Below are positions 49,535-58,076 of a stretch of 64,000 nt of DNA, one piece after another. The notes beneath the pieces are model-generated. The model saw only the letters and a program-made list of their open reading frames with translations, did not search any database and was not told where the DNA came from. The stretch covers positions 544,001-608,000 of the forward strand of contig OY970399.1 of the NCBI GenBank assembly GCA_963720545.1. Reading direction: 5' to 3'. The stretch is from an uncultured Acidobacteriota bacterium. GTDB lineage: Bacteria; Acidobacteriota; Vicinamibacteria; Fen-336. The number at the start of each line of letters is the position of its first letter. Within the stretch, counting starts at the first letter, position 1. Made by a program: the position numbers and the translations under genes.

Positions 49535-50008
49535 ATGGCCACGCCGCAGAAAGAAGGCGAACAGCCGATCGCCTCGAACCGCAAGGCGTTCTTCAACTAC
49601 GAGATTCTCGACCGGCTCGAGGCCGGCATCGTGCTGCGCGGCACCGAGGTCAAGTCGATCCGCAGCACCGGGCTCAACTTCGTCGACGCCTATGTGCTGC
49701 ACAAGAACGACGAGATGTTCCTGATCGGCGCGCGCATCAACCCCTACAGCCACGGCAACCTCGCGAACCACGACACCGAGCGCACCCGCAAGCTGCTGCT
49801 GAAGCGCCGCGAGATCCGCAAGATCGGCGGCAAGGCCGCGGAGCGCGGCCTCACCATCGTGCCGCTGCGCGCCTACTTCAAGAACGGCAAGGTCAAGGTG
49901 GAGATCGGCCTCGCGCGCGGCAAGAAGAGCCACGACAAGCGCGCCGCGATCAAGAAGCGCGACATCGACCGCGACACCGCCCAGGCAGTGCGCGAACGGC
50001 GACGCTAA
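49535..50008 (+). CDS. smpB: SsrA-binding protein SmpB
   Basis: NRKAFFNY, EAGIVLRGTEVKSIR, RTRKLLL, GLARGKK.HDKR. Confidence 0.97.
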   Translation: MATPQKEGEQPIASNRKAFFNYEILDRLEAGIVLRGTEVKSIRSTGLNFVDAYVLHKNDEMFLIGARINPYSHGNLANHDTERTRKLLLKRREIRKIGGKAAERGLTIVPLRAYFKNGKVKVEIGLARGKKSHDKRAAIKKRDIDRDTAQAVRERRR

Positions 50009-50009
50009 A

Positions 50010-50416
50010 TCATCGACGGATTGGCTCTCCGTCCCCATCCAATCCGTCGATTTCCGTTCTTTCGTTCCCCAGGCGCTTGCGTCAGCGTTCGTTCCCGCCC
50101 GACGTCTCAGGGTTCCTTGCGCTGACCCGTTTTCCCGAGGAGCTCAACGCTTGCGCTGCGACCGAGGGATCCACTGTGTCCGGACACAGTGGCTTCACTG
50201 AGCCCGAACGTCCCGCGCGCTGGACCACTCGCCGGCCGCAGTAGCAGGAGATCGGGGACGGTGGGTCCTTCGGGCCAGCGCAAGGGGCCCTCGGGACTTC
50301 GAGAGGGCGGCGAGTGATTGGTCAAACGGACGCTGGCGCAAGCGCCTGGGGAACGAGATAACGGACCAACGGAAATCGACGGATTGGATGGGGACGGGGA
50401 GCCAATCCGTCGATGA
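50010..50416 (+). repeat. 407-bp nested inverted-repeat element (structured RNA or MITE/REPIN-like)
   Basis: 49-bp terminal IRs 50010-50058/50368-50416 (48/49); second IR 50062-50093/50325-50356 (30/32); inner stems; central perfect palindrome 50171-50192. Confidence 0.85.
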
Positions 50417-50418
50417 CG

Positions 50419-51348
50419 TCAGGACTTCGTGGCGAGTTCGTGCGCCAGGCGGATCGCGGCCAGCATGCTGCCGTGGTCGGCGACGCCGCGAGAGACGATG
50501 TCGAAGCCGGTGCCGTGATCGACCGACGTGCGGATGAACGGCAGGCCGAGGGTCACGTTCACCGACTCGCCGAACGCCGCGAGCTTCACCGGGATCAAGC
50601 CCTGGTCGTGGTAGTTGGCGATGACGGCGTCGAACTCGCCGGCCTGGGCGCGCGCAAACACCGTGTCGGCCGGAAACGGACCGCTCACCTCCAGGCCCGC
50701 AGCGCGCAGCCGTGCCACCGCCGGAACGTGCCGTTCCAGCTCCTCCCTGCCGAACAGCCCGCCTTCGCCGGCGTGCGGGTTGAGCCCGCACAAGGCGATG
50801 CGCCGTTGCGGCGCGCCGAATTTCGGCAGCTCGCGGTGCAGCAGCCGTGCGAGCCGCTCGATCTCCGCGGCGGTGACGAGCGCCGGCACCGCAGCCAGCG
50901 GGGTGTGGATGGTCAGCAGCGCCACCCGCAGCCCGCCACCGACGAACATCATTGCGTAATCGCTGACGCCGGCCGCCTCGGCGAGCAACTCGGTGTGCCC
51001 CGGCCAGGGATAGCCGGCGGCCCGAAGCGATTCCTTGTTGAGGGGCGCCGTCGCGATCGCATCGAGGCGCCCGGCAAGCGCATCGCGCGCCGCGGCCAGC
51101 ACCGACTCGGCCGCGATCCGGCCGCCGGCCGCGCTTGCAACGCCTGGCGTAACCGAGGCACCGTCGACAGCAACGATGCGCACCGCTGCGGGCAGACGGA
51201 TCGCGAACTGTCGGCAGGCCGCGTCAACGAAGCTCGGCGGCGCGTAGAGGTGGTACTCGGCGTCCGGCAACTGCGGTGCGGCGAGCGCCTTCACCACCAC
51301 CTCGGGTCCGATCCCCGCGGGATCGCCGGCGGTGATGCCGATCCTCAA
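50419..51348 (-). CDS. pdxA: 4-hydroxythreonine-4-phosphate dehydrogenase (PdxA family)
   Basis: GDPAGIGPE, TAPLNK, GHTE, LNPHAGE, YHDQGLIP, RTSVDHGT. Confidence 0.93.
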   Translation of the reverse strand: MRIGITAGDPAGIGPEVVVKALAAPQLPDAEYHLYAPPSFVDAACRQFAIRLPAAVRIVAVDGASVTPGVASAAGGRIAAESVLAAARDALAGRLDAIATAPLNKESLRAAGYPWPGHTELLAEAAGVSDYAMMFVGGGLRVALLTIHTPLAAVPALVTAAEIERLARLLHRELPKFGAPQRRIALCGLNPHAGEGGLFGREELERHVPAVARLRAAGLEVSGPFPADTVFARAQAGEFDAVIANYHDQGLIPVKLAAFGESVNVTLGLPFIRTSVDHGTGFDIVSRGVADHGSMLAAIRLAHELATKS

Positions 51349-51449
51349 TCGTCTTCCCCGCCCGCCTCGTCCTGCTTTCTGGTCATGGTCAACCTGGCGC
51401 GATTTGTAGCACGCGCCGAAGCGACCGCACAAGGGAACGAGCGGCGCCG

Positions 51450-52424
51450 CTACGCGCGGATAACATCGAGCAGGCTCTCGAACGAAAGCGGCTTGTAGGT
51501 GTTGCCACGCACATCGAGGCGGGTGCGTTCCGCGGCCTCGGCGAGTGCTATTGCCAGCGGTCCCAGCCGGCCCTCTGTGAGGGGTCGAAGCCTGCCCTCG
51601 AGGTCGCAGTTGACCAGTGTGTCGGCCGCGGCGCCGGAGTGCAGGGCGGCGATATCCCTCAGCAGCGAACGCAGGGCGGCGAGCGCAACCAGCGGATCGT
51701 CGTTGTCGGCGAGGCTGTCGGCTGCCGCCATCGCCGCAAACGGGCTCGCGCCCGCCGCCGCGACGGTCTCGACGGCGGAGAGTGCCGTCTCGCGCGCGTC
51801 CATGTAGCCGTCGGTGTCGAACGAAAGAGCACGGCCGATGCTGCCGGCGCTGACCACGGCGCGCAGGCGCGCCTCGGGAGCCGCAACCCCGCGCGCGCGC
51901 AGAAACGCCTCGACCTGTTCGCTCGCGAGGGCGGTGGCGCGCAGCGTCTGGCAGCGCGAGCGAATGGTGGGCAGCAGCCGGTCGGGCTCGGCCGTCACGA
52001 GCAGGATCCGCGAAGTGAACGGCGGCTCCTCGAGGCTCTTGAGGAACGCGTTCTGCGCCTGCTCGGTCATCAGGTGCGCATCGTCGATGACGAACGCTCG
52101 GGTCTTCGCCTCGAAGGGACGCGACTGCACCTCGCGCACCAGGTCGCGCACCGCCTCGATCTTGATCGAGGCGGGCGCCGGTTCGACCAGAAAGAAGTCG
52201 GGGTGCATGCGGCGTGCGACCCGGTCGCAGGCCTTGCAGGCACCGCACGCGTCGCCGCTGCCGGTCTCGCACAGGAACGCCCGCGCCGCCTCGAGCGCCA
52301 GCGTGCGCTTGCCGATGCCCACCGGGCCGCAGAGCACGAGTGCCGGCGGCGTGCGAGAGCGGCGCTGCGCGCGCAGGAAGAAGTCCTTGAGCCGGTCGTG
52401 GCCGACGATGGCGCTAAAGGCCAT
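51450..52424 (-). CDS. holB: DNA polymerase III delta-prime subunit
   Basis: GPVGIGK, CGACKAC, HPD, NAFLKSLEEP, LLPTIRSRC; follows tmk. Confidence 0.92.
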   Translation of the reverse strand: MAFSAIVGHDRLKDFFLRAQRRSRTPPALVLCGPVGIGKRTLALEAARAFLCETGSGDACGACKACDRVARRMHPDFFLVEPAPASIKIEAVRDLVREVQSRPFEAKTRAFVIDDAHLMTEQAQNAFLKSLEEPPFTSRILLVTAEPDRLLPTIRSRCQTLRATALASEQVEAFLRARGVAAPEARLRAVVSAGSIGRALSFDTDGYMDARETALSAVETVAAAGASPFAAMAAADSLADNDDPLVALAALRSLLRDIAALHSGAAADTLVNCDLEGRLRPLTEGRLGPLAIALAEAAERTRLDVRGNTYKPLSFESLLDVIRA

Positions 52425-53037
52425 CGCCGTCTACACCGACGCCCTTCTCCCGCAACACCGCGGTCACCTGCGCGAACACCTGCTCGGCGGTGCCCGAGCC
52501 GTCGAGCGTGCGCCAGCGCTCGGGTTCCTCGGCCATCATCTCGAGATAGCCATCGCGCACCCTCTGGTAGAACCCGAAACGCTCGGATTCCATGCGGTCG
52601 CGCGCGCCGCGGTCGCGCACCCTCGCAAGGCCGGTCTCGACCGGCACGTCGAGAAAGATGTTGAGGTCCGGCAGCAGGCCGCCGGTGGCGAACTCGGCAA
52701 CGGCACGCAGTGTCGGCAGCGGCACGCCGCGGCCGTAGCCCTGATAGGCAAGCGACGAGGCGACGTAGCGGTCGGAGATGACCGGCTTGCCGGCCGCGAG
52801 CGCGGGGCGCAGCACTTCGTCCACGTGCTGCGCGCGATCGGCGAAGTAGAGCAGCACCTCGGTGGGCACGGCGAGGTGCTCGTGGCCCGGGTGCAGCAGC
52901 ATTTCGCGAATGGCCCGGCCAAGGACGGTACCGCCCGGCTCCTTGGTGACGAGCACGCCGGGGCCGAGCGCCGCTGCGAGGCGGCGGGCCTGGGTGCTCT
53001 TGCCGCTGCCTTCGACTCCTTCGAGGACGATGAACAT
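52414..53037 (-). CDS. tmk: Thymidylate kinase
   Basis: FIVLEGVEGSGKSTQ, EPGGT, DRAQH, SDRY..SSLAYQG. Confidence 0.96.
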   Translation of the reverse strand: MFIVLEGVEGSGKSTQARRLAAALGPGVLVTKEPGGTVLGRAIREMLLHPGHEHLAVPTEVLLYFADRAQHVDEVLRPALAAGKPVISDRYVASSLAYQGYGRGVPLPTLRAVAEFATGGLLPDLNIFLDVPVETGLARVRDRGARDRMESERFGFYQRVRDGYLEMMAEEPERWRTLDGSGTAEQVFAQVTAVLREKGVGVDGDGL

Positions 53038-53076
53038 CTTCGCCGGCGATTCTATAGGCGCGCGGCGCCAGGCGGG

Positions 53077-54132
53077 TCAGGTCGGCAGGCGGAACACGAG
53101 CCCGACGCGGCACAGCATGATCTCGTCGCCGTCGCTCAACGGGTTCATGACGCCGTTCGCGACCCGCTGGCCGTTGATGAAGGTGCCGTTCATGGCGCCG
53201 ATCTCCTCGGCGAGGAAGAAGGCGGTGTCGCGGTGGATGAGGCGCGCGTGGCGCCTCGAGATGTTGCGGCTGTTCTCTTCCTTGCTGAGGTCGACGTCGG
53301 GATGGGTGTTGGTGACCGAGTCGAACCGGCCGAGCAGCGACTCGTTCTTGACCACCGGGTACTGGTGGCCGGTGTTCTTCGAGACGAGGAACGCGGCCGG
53401 TGCAGGTTCCGCCACCACTCTGGCTACGCCAACGGCAGTGGCAACCGCGGCTGCGGGCCGTTCGGGCGGCGGCGCCAGCACCGGCATTTCTTCAGCCAGC
53501 GAGCGCAGCGCGGCCACCGCGGCCGTGCCGCGGCCGGCGGGCCCGCTGGCCGGCGGCTCGACCGGCAGCACCACGGCGACCCTGCCCCGCTGGGGTGCGG
53601 GGGGCGGCGCGGGCGGCGCCGCGGCTTGCGCGGCGACGGCAGCCGCAGCCGGCAGCGGTACGGGCACCGGCACCGGTTCCGGCGCCAGCACCGGCGGCGG
53701 CAGCGGCAAGGGCGGCGGCGCCGCGACCGGCTGCTGTTCCTCTGGTTGCTTCTGCGTCCCCATCTGCTCGAGCAGCGCGTTCATCTCGCGCAGCCGGATC
53801 GAATACTTGCGCAGCATGCGCACGGCGATCTCCGGGTTCGAGCGCAGCATCTCGCCGAAGGTCTCGCCGTTGATCGCGATCAGCGCCCCGTCCTCGGCCA
53901 TCTCGGCCTTGGCGGAGCGCGGCGCGCGCTCCAGGATAGTCATCTCGCCGAAGAAGTCGCCCTTCTCCATCAGCGACACCTGCACTTCGGCGCCGCCCTT
54001 CACTGTCTTCTTGATCGAGACGAGCCCCGACTGCACGATGAACATCGTGTCGCCCTCGTCGCCCTCGTGGAAGAGCACTTCACCCTTCTTGTGGCGGGTC
54101 AGGAAGCGGGCAAATGGGCTGCGGTCGGCCAT
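53077..54132 (-). CDS. Cyclic-nucleotide-binding domain plus FHA domain protein
   Basis: LFHEGDEGD, GDFFGEM...PRSA cNMP motif; Pro/Ala linker; LGR...ISRRHA...NGTFING FHA motif. Confidence 0.9.
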   Translation of the reverse strand: MADRSPFARFLTRHKKGEVLFHEGDEGDTMFIVQSGLVSIKKTVKGGAEVQVSLMEKGDFFGEMTILERAPRSAKAEMAEDGALIAINGETFGEMLRSNPEIAVRMLRKYSIRLREMNALLEQMGTQKQPEEQQPVAAPPPLPLPPPVLAPEPVPVPVPLPAAAAVAAQAAAPPAPPPAPQRGRVAVVLPVEPPASGPAGRGTAAVAALRSLAEEMPVLAPPPERPAAAVATAVGVARVVAEPAPAAFLVSKNTGHQYPVVKNESLLGRFDSVTNTHPDVDLSKEENSRNISRRHARLIHRDTAFFLAEEIGAMNGTFINGQRVANGVMNPLSDGDEIMLCRVGLVFRLPT

Positions 54133-54160
54133 TAGGAAGTGCGCGAAAGTCTAGCGCTTT

Positions 54161-55543
54161 TCAGGCGGCGGGATCGTTGAGCACGGCGCGTTTCGACACC
54201 TCGCGGCGTAGCGTTTCCAGGAAGGCGCCGAAGCGGTGCGCGATCTGCACCAGCGCCGGCAGGCTCGCGCACTTCAGGAGCTCGATGTAGAACTGCTCGA
54301 AACCGGCCCAGTCGCGGTACATGAGCCGGGTCATGCGCGTGTCGTAGAAAGACGAAACCGCGGTCTTGAGCGCCGGCACCTCGGCCGGGTCGCGGCGCAC
54401 CTCGAAGGCGCGCAGGATCGCGACCAGCTCGCGCAGCGACTCGGCGAGCGCCACCGACTCCTCGCGGCGCGTCACGAAGTCGGGAAAGATCTCGCCGCCC
54501 GAGGCCTTGGGGTCGAAGGCCTGCGCCAGCTGCACGATCGACTGCTGGAAGCACGCCTTGAGGATGCCGTGGCTGTTTTCGACGCGGGCGCGCACGGTCT
54601 GGGCGTGGCGGAAGGACGCGATGTCGAGGAGCTCGGTCTGCAGCACCTTGCGCAGCTCGAGCGGCATCGAATAGATGAAGGCGTCGTAAACGCCGTAGAG
54701 CGGATCTTCCTTGGCGAGCGTCCCCATGATGCGCCGCTCGATGTTGGCGAGCAGCTGCCTGGTTTCGGCGGTCACCAGTGCAAACACCAGCACCGTGTTC
54801 TTGAGGTCGGCTTCGGCGAGATGCCTGGGGTCGGCGAATTCCAGGTAGCGCAGCAGGCGGAAGAGCTCGAGGAACACGCGCGCCGCGTTCTTGCGGTCGG
54901 AAGCGCTGAGGATGCCGCGGATGGTGGTGGCGAGCACGCGGTTGGTGATGCGGTCGTGGATCGGCTTCCATTTCTGCTCGATGAGCAGTGCGATCAGCGG
55001 GTGGCGGCGGGTCTCGCGGTCCACGAGCCGGCCCACGGAGGCGAACGCCGCGTACGGCAGCTGCGAGAGCCGCACCAGGTTCGCGAGCAGCGTGTGGATG
55101 TCGTCGAACGATTCGCGCAGCTGCACGAGCCCGGCCTCGGGCGTCGTCTGCCGCGCGAACAACGGTACCGCCGCTTCGCCGGGCTCGCCGCGCTTCATCG
55201 CGATGGCGCCCTCGACGAAGCGGCCGAAGCGCGCCTTGTCGAGGCCCTCGTCGCGCGCGATCGAGACGCACAGCTTGGTGACGCGCACCACTACGTTATC
55301 GACGAGGCGCAGCTCCTCGGTCCAGTTGCGCAGCGCCAGCTGTTGGGCATCGCGGTCGGAGATCGGCTGGTTGCGGATGCGGAAGAAGCGCTCGAGACTG
55401 CGCAGCCACATCTCGAGCTCGAGGAGCTCGGCCGCCTTGCCGGAGGCGCTGGCGGCTTCCATCCACGAACCGAGGCGGCTCTTCAGGAACTCGGAGCGCA
55501 CGTTGCGCGCACCGTTGCGGACGGCGGGGGGCATTGCCGGCAT
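54161..55543 (-). CDS. Hypothetical alpha-helical cytoplasmic protein
   Basis: Long ORF with protein-like composition filling the gap; no recognised motif; start 55543 or 55534. Confidence 0.75.
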   Translation of the reverse strand: MPAMPPAVRNGARNVRSEFLKSRLGSWMEAASASGKAAELLELEMWLRSLERFFRIRNQPISDRDAQQLALRNWTEELRLVDNVVVRVTKLCVSIARDEGLDKARFGRFVEGAIAMKRGEPGEAAVPLFARQTTPEAGLVQLRESFDDIHTLLANLVRLSQLPYAAFASVGRLVDRETRRHPLIALLIEQKWKPIHDRITNRVLATTIRGILSASDRKNAARVFLELFRLLRYLEFADPRHLAEADLKNTVLVFALVTAETRQLLANIERRIMGTLAKEDPLYGVYDAFIYSMPLELRKVLQTELLDIASFRHAQTVRARVENSHGILKACFQQSIVQLAQAFDPKASGGEIFPDFVTRREESVALAESLRELVAILRAFEVRRDPAEVPALKTAVSSFYDTRMTRLMYRDWAGFEQFYIELLKCASLPALVQIAHRFGAFLETLRREVSKRAVLNDPAA

Positions 55544-55595
55544 TATCGCAAACGGCCCACCCCCGCGCGGTGTGATGCGGGTGACGACGTGATGC

Positions 55596-55629
55596 AAAAC
55601 GGGGGCGGCCGTGATGCGGCGCGCCCCCG
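55596..55629 (-). terminator. Putative intrinsic terminator after the TonB-dependent receptor gene
   Basis: GC-rich hairpin 55600-55629 followed by TTTT on the minus strand. Confidence 0.6.
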
Positions 55630-55658
55630 CGGGACAGCTTGTGATCTGCGACGGAGCC

Positions 55659-57995
55659 CTAGAACTGGGCGCGCAGCTCCGCGCTCACCGAACGCTTCAT
55701 GAGGTCGCCGAAGATGTGCTGCTGGATGGTCTCGTTCGCGAGGTTCGTGCCCTTCAGCACGGTCGTGAACTTCCCGTCGGCCCACTTCACGCCGACGAGC
55801 GCATTCAGCATCGTGTAGGAATCGGTCTGCCCCCAGAACTGCTGCTGGAGGACGTCCGTCCAGAACGCCTTGTCCACGTAGTTGGCCGAGACGTTGCCGA
55901 ACACCCGCCGGCCAGCCCAGTTGAGGTTGGCGTTGAAGCGGTTCTTCGCCGGTATGCCGACTTCGCCGATCGGATAGCGGATCTGGCCGGTCGCCTCGTC
56001 GAGGATCTTCGGCGTCTGCTGGTACGAGTAGTTGAGGCCGAACGACCAGACGCTGTCGATGCGCTGGTCGAGCGAAGCCTCGACGCCTCGCTGGCGCAGC
56101 GGCCCTAGGTTCAGGTAGGTCGAGACGGTACGCGGCAGCGTCGGCAGGATCCGCGCCTGCACCAGGAAGCCGTAGAGCGGCCCCGGAATGCCGGTCTCGC
56201 CCGAGTTCGCAGGTGTGTAGACGTCGAAGCCCGGGCCGCCCGTCGGAAAACTGAGCCCCGGCGTGATCGGCGTGAAGTTGATGTTGTCGTCGGTGTCGTT
56301 CTGGTAGAGCGCCAGGCCGAGCGTCGTGTTGTTGAACGAGCCGGTGTAGCTCAGTTCATAAGCCTTCACCGACTCTTCCTTGAGGTTCGGGTTGCCGATG
56401 TTGTTGACGATGAGGCGCACCGGAGAAGTCGGCACCAGCGGCACGAGGCCGAGCGCCGAGGGCGGCAGCTGCCCGATCGAGACCAGGAACGGAATCTGCT
56501 GGCGCAGCGGTGCCAGGTTGAAGGGCGCAACGCCTGGCGCGAAGATCTTCTGGTCGAGGAAGTTGTTGACTGGCGAGGGCGAGCGGAACGCCTTGTTGAA
56601 CGAGACGCGGAACGCATGGTCCGGCGACGGCTTGAACATCACCGTGGCGCGCGGCGAGAACACCACGTTGTCGATGTTGCCAAACTTGTCGGCGCGGCCG
56701 CCCAGCGAGATGCGGAAGCGATCCTTGAAGTACTCTTCCTGGAAGTAGGCGCCGAACTCGTTGCGATCCTCGGCGCGCGGCGTCAGCGTGATCTCGAACT
56801 GGTTGCGGCGCGCGTTGCCGCCGTACGAGAGAATGTGCTGGCCGCCGATCACGCGCGAGTGGCCGACCTCGATGTCGAAGGTCTTGGTGTTGAAGTTGAG
56901 CGCCACCGGCTGCAGCGTCGTGGGATCGGTGAGCAGCAGGTTCGGCGCGTCGGCGTTGAGCGCGTTCAGGAACGTCGCGATCTTCAGCGCGCCCTTCGTG
57001 TAGCCGACGCGGCCATACGCGAGATACGAACCGCTTTGCAGGTCGAACGGACCGATGCCGGTGTGGACGATGCCCTCGGTGCCGGCGTAGCCCGCCGAAT
57101 ACGAGAGGTGCGCGCCACCCGCGAGTTCCTGGTCGAGGCGCGCCTCGAACTTGGGCTGGCTGGTGCCGGTGTTCTGGAACGCCGTGCCCGGCGCGCCGCT
57201 GCCGTCGATCGGGTAGGGCGCGCCTCCCGTCACCACGCGCGCGTCGAGAGGATGATGGCTGATCGGCACGATGCCGACAGGGCGCGCGTACGCGTCGGAG
57301 TTGAAATAGCCGGCCGAAAGGCGGAACGAGAGCGTGTCGCTCGGCGCGCGCGCGATGGTCGCGCCCAGGCCGTAGAGCGTGCCGTTGCCCTTGCCGGCGA
57401 GCGAGCCGGCGTCGCGGTTGATGGTCCCGATCTGCGCGCTGAGGTTGACGCCCTGCGACTCACGCGGCGTCTTGGTGATGATGTTGACGACCCCCGACAG
57501 GGCGTTGGCACCCCACACCGCCGAAGCCGGGCCGCGCACCACTTCGATCTGCTTGATCTCGTTCGAATTCGTGGGCACCAGGTCCCAGAGGACCAGGCCG
57601 AAGAAGTCGAGGTACAGCGAGCGTCCGTCGAGCAGCACCAGCTGCGAGGTGGCGAGCGTGGAGGTGGCGCCGCGGCTCGACAGGTTGACGTCGCGCGCGG
57701 ACGTCTGGATGACGTTCATGCCCGGGACGCTGCGCAGCAGGTCGCCGAAGTTCGTCGACGGCGCCGCGTTGATGGTCTCGGCGCCGATGACGCTGACCGT
57801 GGCGGGGGCGTTGATGAGTGTCGTCTCCACCTTGGACGCGGAGACGATGACCGTCTCCTCGCGGCTCACCTGCCCGGTTTCGTCGGACTTCGTCTGCCCC
57901 GCCTGCGGCGAGGGCGAGGCCTGGGGATCCTGGCCAAACGCCGGGCCCGCAGCGAGGGCGGCAATCGCCAGCATGGCAAGAAAATGAGCATTCAT
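55659..57995 (-). CDS. TonB-dependent receptor
   Basis: Signal peptide; TonB box ETVIVSAS; plug IEVVRGPASAVWGANALSGVVNIITK; NPNLKEE; C-terminal Phe. Confidence 0.93.
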   Translation of the reverse strand: MNAHFLAMLAIAALAAGPAFGQDPQASPSPQAGQTKSDETGQVSREETVIVSASKVETTLINAPATVSVIGAETINAAPSTNFGDLLRSVPGMNVIQTSARDVNLSSRGATSTLATSQLVLLDGRSLYLDFFGLVLWDLVPTNSNEIKQIEVVRGPASAVWGANALSGVVNIITKTPRESQGVNLSAQIGTINRDAGSLAGKGNGTLYGLGATIARAPSDTLSFRLSAGYFNSDAYARPVGIVPISHHPLDARVVTGGAPYPIDGSGAPGTAFQNTGTSQPKFEARLDQELAGGAHLSYSAGYAGTEGIVHTGIGPFDLQSGSYLAYGRVGYTKGALKIATFLNALNADAPNLLLTDPTTLQPVALNFNTKTFDIEVGHSRVIGGQHILSYGGNARRNQFEITLTPRAEDRNEFGAYFQEEYFKDRFRISLGGRADKFGNIDNVVFSPRATVMFKPSPDHAFRVSFNKAFRSPSPVNNFLDQKIFAPGVAPFNLAPLRQQIPFLVSIGQLPPSALGLVPLVPTSPVRLIVNNIGNPNLKEESVKAYELSYTGSFNNTTLGLALYQNDTDDNINFTPITPGLSFPTGGPGFDVYTPANSGETGIPGPLYGFLVQARILPTLPRTVSTYLNLGPLRQRGVEASLDQRIDSVWSFGLNYSYQQTPKILDEATGQIRYPIGEVGIPAKNRFNANLNWAGRRVFGNVSANYVDKAFWTDVLQQQFWGQTDSYTMLNALVGVKWADGKFTTVLKGTNLANETIQQHIFGDLMKRSVSAELRAQF

Positions 57996-58076
57996 ACGGG
58001 AGCCTCCTGGAGGCGGCGCGGGGATTGGTGCGGCTGGTTCGTGAAAATGGCTATCGACGGCGAGACGGTAGCACAG

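Noticed and set aside
50107..50325. 72-aa ORF inside the palindromic element
   Set aside because: No SD or protein-like features; the sequence is explained by base-pairing symmetry
50009..50418. tmRNA (ssrA) next to smpB
   Set aside because: No tRNA-like acceptor/T-arm ends, no CCA terminus and no tag reading frame on either strand; GGAAATCGACGG only loosely resembles the tmRNA 5' motif
50009..50418. Retron ncRNA, hammerhead ribozyme or CRISPR array
   Set aside because: No reverse transcriptase or cas genes in the window, no CUGANGA/GAAA core, and the repeats are inverted rather than spaced direct repeats
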